The translations under genes were made by a program, and so were the position numbers. Positions 54,096-64,000 of a DNA stretch of 64,000 nucleotides are shown here, one piece after another (the first letter of the stretch is position 1; each line of letters starts with the position of its first letter). The notes beneath the pieces were generated by a model that worked only from the letters and a program-made list of their open reading frames with translations, had not been told where the DNA came from and did not search any database. The stretch comes from Planctomycetota bacterium (GTDB lineage: Bacteria; Planctomycetota; GCA-002687715; CAIWVZ01), in contig JBGANV010000001.1 of assembly GCA_044222185.1 (NCBI GenBank), positions 1,440,001-1,504,000 of the forward strand, given 5' to 3'.

Positions 54096-54434
54096 ATGAT
54101 CCCTCAAGACCGACGGAGCACGTCGCGCCAGGAAACTGGCAACCTGGTGATCCATGCGAACGTGGGCACCAACAGCGGAACGCAGTGCCTCGGAATGGGC
54201 GTGACGCTCGACCTGAACGAGTTCGGCGTGCGCGTGCAGTACGTCGCCCCGTTCACCATCGGCGATCGCTACCGCTTCAGCATCGCGCTTGGCGACGAGC
54301 TGATCGAGGCCGTCGGGCGCGTCGTTCACGTCACACGCGCGCTGAATGGGACCTACGAGGCGGGGATCGAGTTCCTCGAGGTGACTGAGCACGCGGTGGA
54401 CATGATCCGCCAGCACAGTAGGCGCCCCCGCTGA
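54096..54434 (+). CDS. Stand-alone PilZ domain protein
   Basis: DRRSTSR (RxxxR), TLDLNEFG (DxSxxG variant), GRVVHV, YEAGIEF. Confidence 0.8.
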   Translation: MIPQDRRSTSRQETGNLVIHANVGTNSGTQCLGMGVTLDLNEFGVRVQYVAPFTIGDRYRFSIALGDELIEAVGRVVHVTRALNGTYEAGIEFLEVTEHAVDMIRQHSRRPR

Positions 54435-54529
54435 CCTTCGTATAGTGCGCGCGTCGTCGACGGCCGCCGCGCACGCGTGAAGCACGGCGGAGTTCGTCCG
54501 TCGCGCGGATCACGAGCGAGGTCAAGAGA

Positions 54530-55441
54530 ATGCGCGCCGTCCAAAGCACTTCCCTCTCCGGGCTCGAGTTCCTTCACCGAGGCAAGGTCCGCGACCTCTA
54601 CAAGGTCGACGCCGATCACCTCCTCCTCATCGCCACCGACCGGATCTCGGCATTCGACCACGTCCTTCCCGACCCCATCCCGGGAAAGGGCATCGTGCTC
54701 ACGCAGCTTTCGCTCTTCTGGTTCGGTCTCGTCGGCGGCAAGGTCGAGCACCACGTCGTCGAGAGCGACGTCATGAAGATGCCCGCGGCCGTCCGCGCGC
54801 ACGCCGACGTCCTGCGCGGGCGCACACTGCTCGTGAAGAAGGCGGCCGTCTACCCGTTCGAGTGCATCGCGCGTGGCTACCTGCTCGGAAGCGGCTGGAA
54901 GGATTACCAGAAGACCGGAATGGTCTGCGGCATCAAGCTCGCACCCGGGCTGAAGAAGAACCACCGCTTCGACCCCGCGCTCTTCACTCCGTCGACGAAG
55001 GAGCAGACGGGCCACGACCAGAACATCTCCTTCGAAGTGATGGCGGAGAGCCTCGGACAGTCGACCGCTGCCGCGCTTCGCGATCGCACGCTGAACGTCT
55101 TCTCGACTTGCGGCGAGCACGCCCGCAGTCGCGGCGTGATCATCTGCGACACGAAATTCGAGTGGGGCCAGCGCGACGGCCGGATCGTGCTCGTCGACGA
55201 AGTGCTCACGCCGGACTCGAGCCGGTTCTGGAAGAAGGAGGAGGCGGACAAGGTCCTGCCGACCGGCGGCGACCCGCCCTCCTTCGACAAGCAGGTCGTT
55301 CGCGATTGGCTCGAGACGCAGCCGTGGGACAAGCAGTCGCCGCCACCGCGCCTGCCCGCCGAGGTCGCGAGCCTGGCTCGGAGCCGCTACATCGAGATCT
55401 ACGAACGCATCACCGGGCGCCCGGTCCCCGATCTCGCCTGA
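54530..55441 (+). CDS. purC: SAICAR synthase
   Basis: GKVRDLY, TDRISAFD, FTPSTK, DTKFEWG, DEVLTPDSSRFW, SFDKQ. Confidence 0.97.
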   Translation: MRAVQSTSLSGLEFLHRGKVRDLYKVDADHLLLIATDRISAFDHVLPDPIPGKGIVLTQLSLFWFGLVGGKVEHHVVESDVMKMPAAVRAHADVLRGRTLLVKKAAVYPFECIARGYLLGSGWKDYQKTGMVCGIKLAPGLKKNHRFDPALFTPSTKEQTGHDQNISFEVMAESLGQSTAAALRDRTLNVFSTCGEHARSRGVIICDTKFEWGQRDGRIVLVDEVLTPDSSRFWKKEEADKVLPTGGDPPSFDKQVVRDWLETQPWDKQSPPPRLPAEVASLARSRYIEIYERITGRPVPDLA

Positions 55442-56505
55442 TGGACGCGAATCCGGACTCGAAGGTCGAGACGCTGGCGTGGCGTGGAGGGAGCGACGGC
55501 CACGTCGAAATCCTCGACCAGACAAGGCTCCCGGGCGAGGTCGCGGTGATCGCGACGGCCGACCCGGAGGTCGTCCGCGACGCGATCTGCCGCCTCGCGG
55601 TGCGCGGCGCGCCAGCCATCGGCGTGGCAGCGGCGTTCGGCTATTTCCTCACACTGCGCGCGGCCCCGAACGACCCCGCGGGTTTCGCGGCTGCGCGGCG
55701 CGCTGGCGCCGAGCGCCTGCGGAGCGCCCGCCCGACCGCCGTCAACCTCGCCTGGGCCATCGGCCGGGTCGATGCGGCCCTCGATCCCTCGACGGCCCCG
55801 GCCGAACAGCGCCGGGCCGCCTTCGACGCAGCGATGCGGATTCTCGGCGACGACAAGTCCGTCTGTCGCGCCCTGGCACGACACGGCTCGTCGTTGATCG
55901 ACCCGGGCGACGGCGTCCTCACCTACTGCAATACCGGCGCGCTGGCGACGGCCGGCGAGGGCACGGCCCTCGCGGGGATCCTCGCCGCGCATGCCGATGG
56001 CAAGCGTCCCGTCGTCTACGCCTGTGAGACGCGGCCCTTGTTGCAGGGCGCGCGACTCACCATGTGGGAGCTCGTGCGTGCCGGGGTGGATGCGACCCTC
56101 GTGTGCGACAACACGGCAGCCGTCGTTCTCCGCTCGGGCCGGGCGACGAAAGTGTTCGTCGGCGCGGACCGCATCGCACGGAACGGCGATACCGCCAACA
56201 AGATCGGCACCTATTCGCTCGCCGTGAACGCCCGCGCACATGGCGCTCGCTTCTACGTCGTCGCACCCAAGTCGACGTTCGACCTGTCGCTGGCCGACGG
56301 GGCCGGAATCCCCATCGAGGAGCGTCCCGGCGACGAGGTCACCATGCTCGCCGGCCGTCGCGTGGCACCCGCCGGCGCCCGCGTGTTCTCGCCGGCCTTC
56401 GACGTGACGCCGGCCGATCTCATCGCGGGAATCGTGACCGAGTTCGGCGTGATTTCGCCCGTCACCGCCGCGAACGTTCTCACCGTCCTCGACCGTTCGG
56501 GCTGA
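55441..56505 (+). CDS. mtnA: S-methyl-5-thioribose-1-phosphate isomerase
   Basis: LDQTRLP, VRGAPAIG, RPTAVNL, CNTGALAT, ETRPLLQGARLT, NKIGTY, PAFDVTP. Confidence 0.96.
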   Translation: MDANPDSKVETLAWRGGSDGHVEILDQTRLPGEVAVIATADPEVVRDAICRLAVRGAPAIGVAAAFGYFLTLRAAPNDPAGFAAARRAGAERLRSARPTAVNLAWAIGRVDAALDPSTAPAEQRRAAFDAAMRILGDDKSVCRALARHGSSLIDPGDGVLTYCNTGALATAGEGTALAGILAAHADGKRPVVYACETRPLLQGARLTMWELVRAGVDATLVCDNTAAVVLRSGRATKVFVGADRIARNGDTANKIGTYSLAVNARAHGARFYVVAPKSTFDLSLADGAGIPIEERPGDEVTMLAGRRVAPAGARVFSPAFDVTPADLIAGIVTEFGVISPVTAANVLTVLDRSG

Positions 56506-56621
56506 CGTTCGGCCGAGTTCCCAACACTCGCTGCCCCGCCTCGGCCGATACTGCGAGAGACCCCAGGTTTCGGGAGTGCGCCATCTCCGGACGCTCCCAT
56601 GGGTTCCCCTGGAGAGATTGA

Positions 56622-56861
56622 ATGGCGGCGAAGATGGCTGAGACAGGGAACGAACCACCCAAGACGAAGACCGAACGGATCACCCAGTTCAGCACGGCCG
56701 TCGACGACGAGGCACTGGAGTTCATCCGAGCGATCGAGAAATTCAAGTTCGACAAGGGACGGGCGTTTCCCTCGTGGACCGAGGTGCTCTCCATCGTGAA
56801 GGACCTGGGATACCGGAAGGTCGCTCCGCCCTCGGGAGCCCAGGATCACCCGATCTCCTGA
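56622..56861 (+). CDS. Small conserved planctomycete-type hypothetical protein
   Basis: EFIRAIEKFK..RAFPSWTEVLSIVKDLGYRK resembles the FPTWSEVL..LGYRK motif recalled from Planctomycetota; GGAGAG RBS. Confidence 0.75.
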   Translation: MAAKMAETGNEPPKTKTERITQFSTAVDDEALEFIRAIEKFKFDKGRAFPSWTEVLSIVKDLGYRKVAPPSGAQDHPIS

Positions 56862-56937
56862 ACGGCCGTGGTGGCGGCGGCTCGGGGATTCGAGCGCGAG
56901 GCTTGACTCGCCTTCCCGCGACGGCGAACGTCGCAAC

Positions 56938-57351
56938 GTGCCGACCGCGTCATCCATCGCCCTCGCGGCGCTCACCGTCGCGACCCTGACGCTCTCCGCC
57001 TGCTCGGAGAAGCCCCCGACCGCGCCCATCGGAGCACCCCCACAGCCCGAGTCGAAGCCATCGGCAGATGCCCCGGTCTTGAGGACCGTCGTCGTCCGCG
57101 ATGGCGCCGGGTTGTTCGTGACCGTGGACGTCGAGCCCTCCACCCCCGAAGGCGCAATCGTGCGGACGCTGCGGCTCTCGACTCCGGCCGCCGCGGCGGA
57201 CGCCTCTCCGGCTCCCATGGCGCCATGGAGCATCGCGCTGCGACTTCCGACACCCGTCGACTGGATCGACGCGGAAGGCACGCTCTCCGACGGACGGAGC
57301 TTCCGTGTGCGCTGCGATACGACGCTCGACGTGCCGCTCCGTCGCCCCTGA
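56938..57351 (+). CDS. Putative lipoprotein
   Basis: Hydrophobic leader with lipobox LSAC; Pro-rich linker. Confidence 0.6.
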   Translation: MPTASSIALAALTVATLTLSACSEKPPTAPIGAPPQPESKPSADAPVLRTVVVRDGAGLFVTVDVEPSTPEGAIVRTLRLSTPAAAADASPAPMAPWSIALRLPTPVDWIDAEGTLSDGRSFRVRCDTTLDVPLRRP

Positions 57352-57393
57352 CCCCCGCGCCCCGACACGCGCGGCGCCGCGTTATGATCGCCC

Positions 57394-57798
57394 ATGCCGC
57401 AGGGCCCCGCAGCGTCGCCGCGAACCGAAGCACGTCCGTCGCCACTGGACCGGATCGGCTTCACCTCCTGGGTCTTCGCGGCGGCAGTCGTCGTCGAGGT
57501 GGTCGTCCTCATCGTCGTTCGGGCGCCGTTCCGTTGGATCGCGCTCGCCCACGTGGCTGCGTTCTCCCTCATCACGTTCGCGCTGTTCGGCTGGGACAAG
57601 TGGCGGGCCATCCGCAACCGCCGACGAGTGAGCGAGAGCAACCTGCTCGCCCTCATGATCACGGGAGGAGCCCTGGGTGGTCTCTGCGCCATGAGCATGT
57701 TCCGGCACAAGACACACCGCCTCGCGTTCAAGATCACCGCCATCGTGTCGCTCTTCATCCACGTCGCCGTCGTCGGTTTCGTCTTTCTGAAATCCTGA
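57394..57798 (+). CDS. DUF1294 family membrane protein
   Basis: LFGWDKWRA..RRVSESNL..GGALG..FRHKT. Confidence 0.85.
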   Translation: MPQGPAASPRTEARPSPLDRIGFTSWVFAAAVVVEVVVLIVVRAPFRWIALAHVAAFSLITFALFGWDKWRAIRNRRRVSESNLLALMITGGALGGLCAMSMFRHKTHRLAFKITAIVSLFIHVAVVGFVFLKS

Positions 57799-57806
57799 GG
57801 ATTCCG

Positions 57807-58628
57807 GTGATCTCACGAGCCACGTCTGCCGTCCTCGTTGCGGTGCTCTGCGTCGCGTGCGGTCCGAACGACCAGGCCAAGCCCGACTCCGCCGCGCGCC
57901 CGTCGCCTGAGGAGTCCGCCTCACGAGGCCCATCGAAGCCGCCCGCCGAAACCGCCGTCGGTTCGATCCGCGTTCGAGTGACGTTCGACGGCGACGCGCC
58001 CGCGTCGCGTCCGATCACGCTTCCCGAAGACTGGAAGCTCCGGAATCCGGACGATGTGAGCTACTGCGCCAGCTGTGACGGCACGGTGAACTACGACGAG
58101 TCCCTCGTCGTCGATGCGGCCACGAAGGGCCTGCGCGACGTGGCCGTGTCCGTGAAGGACGTCTCCGCGGGAGCGCACGCTCCGCTCGCCCCGCTCGTCC
58201 TCGACAACCGTTGCTGCCGGTTTTCTCCCCACGTCGCGTTCGCTCCCGTCGGCAAGGCGATCACGATCACCAACTCGGACCGGATGTCTCACTCCGCGTC
58301 CGTCGCCACGCTGGCCGGAACGCCGCTCTTCAACACGCTCATCCCGACGCGCGATCGCGCCGTCAGCGGCGAAGTGATCGCGCCGGGCATTCTCGTCGTG
58401 ACCTGCCCGCTGCACGACTGGATGAAGGCCTTCATCATCGCGACGAATCATCCCCACGTGGGCGTCACGGCTGCGAACGGAACGGTGTCGCTCGATGGCG
58501 TCCCGGCCGGCAAACGCACGCTCGCCTTGTGGCACGAGAAACTGGGATCGGCAACCGCGGAGGTGACGGTGATCGCGAATCAAACCGCCGACGTCACGCT
58601 CGACTCGGCGGCCTTTCGCAGACGCTGA
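57807..58628 (+). CDS. Lipoprotein with cupredoxin-like / carboxypeptidase-regulatory-like domains
   Basis: Lipobox CVAC; LDNRCCRFSPHV, NSDRMSH, CPLHDWMKAF, VPAGKRTLALWHEKLG. Confidence 0.8.
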   Translation: MISRATSAVLVAVLCVACGPNDQAKPDSAARPSPEESASRGPSKPPAETAVGSIRVRVTFDGDAPASRPITLPEDWKLRNPDDVSYCASCDGTVNYDESLVVDAATKGLRDVAVSVKDVSAGAHAPLAPLVLDNRCCRFSPHVAFAPVGKAITITNSDRMSHSASVATLAGTPLFNTLIPTRDRAVSGEVIAPGILVVTCPLHDWMKAFIIATNHPHVGVTAANGTVSLDGVPAGKRTLALWHEKLGSATAEVTVIANQTADVTLDSAAFRRR

Positions 58629-58630
58629 CC

Positions 58631-61443
<2,813 letters not shown>

Positions 61444-61568
61444 TGCGCTGACCCGGGCCGCCCTCGCGGTGCGCCCGACGACATGGAGCCTCCTTGAGCG
61501 CGACGACACCTCCGGCACCGGCCGCGACCGCCAACCCCGAATGCCCGCGGCGCGGAGGCCTCGCCTCG

Positions 61569-64000
61569 ATGCCGAAGGGGCACATGACGCCCTGCCTCGC
61601 CCTGCTGACGCTCATCCTCGTCCTCGACGTGTTGCTGATCGTCGGGCCCTTCTACCTGTTCCGCTTCACGGATGATCCCTGGGGCTCGCCCGAGCGCATG
61701 GGCTTCATCGCGCGGGGAATGGCCTCGGCGCTCGCGTTCGGACTCGTGGCAGCAATCGCAGCCGAGCGGCGGAATCATTCGCCGTGGATGTTCCTGCTCG
61801 GGCACGCCGGGTTCATCGTGACCCTCGCAGCCGCCGCGCTCGGTCTCGACAGGGACTGGCCTCGCGCCGCCTCCATCGGGAGCGTCGTCACCGGCTTCGC
61901 GGGCGCGGTCGCCGCGCTCCTGCTCACATCGCGCCCCAAGCCCCGGCTCGAGCTGCCGGGCGCGCTCCTGCGGTCGATCTGCCGCACGATGCATGCGCTG
62001 GGAAACATCTGGTTCGGGATGGTCCTCATGACCGCCATCGCCGTGCTGCTCTGGCACGGGATCGACGTCGAGAACGAGTTCGGCACCAAGGCCGCCCAGT
62101 ACCTCGTGTACCGCTCGTGGTGGTTCGGAACGATCTTCTTCACCGGCGGCGTCTCCATGCTTTGCGCGACGTTCCGCAAGTATCCGTTCCGTCTGGAGCA
62201 GGCGGGGTGGCTCACGGTCCACACCGGACTGGCACTCGTCGTCATCGGCTCGTTGATGTCGTTCATCTCGAGCAGCGAGGGCGAACTGCGCCTGAAGGAG
62301 GGCGAGTCGCGCGAGGAATTCACGCTCTCGACCCAGACGCGGGTCATCGTCGAGGAGTTCATCCGTCGTGCCAAGGGACAGCCGGTCCGCCAGACGGTCT
62401 TCCAGGCCGTCGCCGACTTCGACATCAACCCGACGGAGCGAGAACCGAACCGGAAATACCTGGTGGATCCCAAGAACGGCGACGCGCCGTTCACGTTGGT
62501 CGTCGATCGCTATTTCGCCAACTCGCGCGGTCGCGAGGTGTGGACGGACGATGGCTCCGAGCCGCTCCTCGGCGTGGAGCTCTCCCTCACCATGCGAGGC
62601 GGGGCGAAGGACCGGATCCGTCTCGACGAGTCGGAGAACAGCGAGGTCGAGCTGCCCTTCGGTGGTGGCAACGGTTTTCCGATCTCGCTTCGGAGCGGGA
62701 CGTCCCAGGCCCTGGCAGCCCTCGCACGCAAGGACGCCCACGTCGGCCACGGGCAGATCCTGATCTACGACGATACGGACAAGCAGGTGCTCGCGATCCC
62801 GGTCGAGCCATCTGCCTCCCCGCGTGCGGACGGTCAACCCGCGCCGATCCGTGGCGGCGGGCGGATCTCGGGCACCGAAATCGACGTGCAGGTGCGGAAC
62901 TATTTCGACAACTGGAGCCTGGGCGAGGACGGTCGGACGGAAGTGGACGTGACGCCCGGGCAGACGATCAACCCGACGGTGTCGATCGCGTTCAGCGGAC
63001 CGAAGGGCGAGGACGCCCAGCGTGTGTTCGCGTTCTTCCCAGCGCCGCGGCCAGCGGAGCGCAACCCGGCCGTCCCCGACAAGCGGAAGTACGGCTACTA
63101 CGCGCGCTACGACTTCACGCCCCAGCTTCCGATCGAGGGGCCGCACCTCTACCTCGTCGGAGTTCGCGACCGTGTTCACTGGGTGTACGTGCCGGCAGCC
63201 GGAGAGCGGAGCTCGGGTCCGCTCGTCGAAGGCGAACCCCTTCCCCTCCCCATGCCGGCCTTCCAGCTCACTCCCGCCGGAATCTTCCACAAGCTGAAGG
63301 TCGACCGCTTCTTCGAATTCCTCGACACGCACGTGGACGACCAGTCCGTGCGCATCCGCGTCGAGGGCGGCGCAGGATCGCCCGCCACCCCGCCCCAGGC
63401 GTGGCTTCGGCTCGGCCAGGCGGCGATCTTCGAGCACGGCGATCGTGAGTACATCCTCTCCTGGAAACCCACCTCGAAGAAGCTGGGGTTCTCCCTGAAG
63501 CTCAACGACTTTCACCGCGACTTCTATCCCGGGTCCACCGAGGAGCGGACGTTCGAGTCGTACTGCGAGCTCCGCCACCCCGAGAAGTTCAAGGACGGCG
63601 CGGACATCAAGATCGACATGAACCACCCCCTCCGACTCGACGGGTGGCGGCTCTTCCAGGCCAGGTTCGCCCGCGACGGCGAAACCACGTTCCTCCAGGT
63701 CAACCGAGATCCCGGCCTCGCGATCATCTACCCTGCGTGCGCCGTGGTTTTTCTTGGTTTGATCGTCGTCTTCTTCATGAAGCCCACCCTGCGGCTCATC
63801 CGTATCGACCTCGAGAGAAGAAACGCGGGTCATGCAGCCCACCTCTGGCAGGCAGCACGGGCGCTTGCAGCCGTGGCGGCCGGACCTGTGGTCTTCGGCA
63901 CCTACGCGGCGCTTCAGGGGTTGAAGCCTGAGTGGAACCTCCCCCTCCACGGATGGCCCGCCTTCGTCTTCGGTATGACCCTCCTGATCGCCGCTCCGAT
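61569..64000 (+). CDS. Cytochrome c biogenesis protein, ResB/CcsB-like (partial, runs off right edge)
   Basis: Not in the ORF track. Manual translation gives N-terminal TMs, GTKAAQYLVYRSWWF, AGWLTVHTGL, FSLKLNDF..FYPGS, IDMNHPL..GWRLFQ, LQVNRDPG, then further TMs. Confidence 0.85.
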   Translation, partial: MPKGHMTPCLALLTLILVLDVLLIVGPFYLFRFTDDPWGSPERMGFIARGMASALAFGLVAAIAAERRNHSPWMFLLGHAGFIVTLAAAALGLDRDWPRAASIGSVVTGFAGAVAALLLTSRPKPRLELPGALLRSICRTMHALGNIWFGMVLMTAIAVLLWHGIDVENEFGTKAAQYLVYRSWWFGTIFFTGGVSMLCATFRKYPFRLEQAGWLTVHTGLALVVIGSLMSFISSSEGELRLKEGESREEFTLSTQTRVIVEEFIRRAKGQPVRQTVFQAVADFDINPTEREPNRKYLVDPKNGDAPFTLVVDRYFANSRGREVWTDDGSEPLLGVELSLTMRGGAKDRIRLDESENSEVELPFGGGNGFPISLRSGTSQALAALARKDAHVGHGQILIYDDTDKQVLAIPVEPSASPRADGQPAPIRGGGRISGTEIDVQVRNYFDNWSLGEDGRTEVDVTPGQTINPTVSIAFSGPKGEDAQRVFAFFPAPRPAERNPAVPDKRKYGYYARYDFTPQLPIEGPHLYLVGVRDRVHWVYVPAAGERSSGPLVEGEPLPLPMPAFQLTPAGIFHKLKVDRFFEFLDTHVDDQSVRIRVEGGAGSPATPPQAWLRLGQAAIFEHGDREYILSWKPTSKKLGFSLKLNDFHRDFYPGSTEERTFESYCELRHPEKFKDGADIKIDMNHPLRLDGWRLFQARFARDGETTFLQVNRDPGLAIIYPACAVVFLGLIVVFFMKPTLRLIRIDLERRNAGHAAHLWQAARALAAVAAGPVVFGTYAALQGLKPEWNLPLHGWPAFVFGMTLLIAAP

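Overview
GC-rich bacterial chromosomal segment, probably from a Planctomycetota lineage. This is inferred from a planctomycete-type small protein at 56622, a prenyltransferase-repeat protein and the architecture of the secreted proteins. Most of the window is housekeeping: pgi, hutH-hutU, a TrmH-family methyltransferase, an RluA-family synthase, thiS-thiG, a sigma-54 two-component pair, nusA-infB-rbfA, suhB, rarA, dacB, galE, purC, mtnA, thiC and a partial ResB-like gene. Three accessory loci stand out. (i) A coupled cassette of exported TPR-CHAT (caspase-like) protease, ECF sigma factor and single-pass anti-sigma-like protein (4053-8663) lies divergent from two secreted-protein genes. (ii) A ~10.7 kb island (16.3-27.1 kb) encodes a giant beta-rich secreted protein and a teneurin-like YD/RHS protein with a Cys-rich tip, an altered autoprotease motif and no immunity gene. 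(iii) An 8x IPT/TIG surface protein lies at 43.8-47.0 kb. Four unrelated secreted proteins appear to share a ~110-135 aa terminal module, C-terminal in three and N-terminal in the RHS protein. Also noted are a CcoN-like protein lacking the CuB His-His pair, a nusA leader terminator with no rimP, and a duplicated palindromic intergenic element. No tRNA, rRNA, CRISPR array or transposase was recognised. All assignments come from by-eye motif recognition; no database searches were run.
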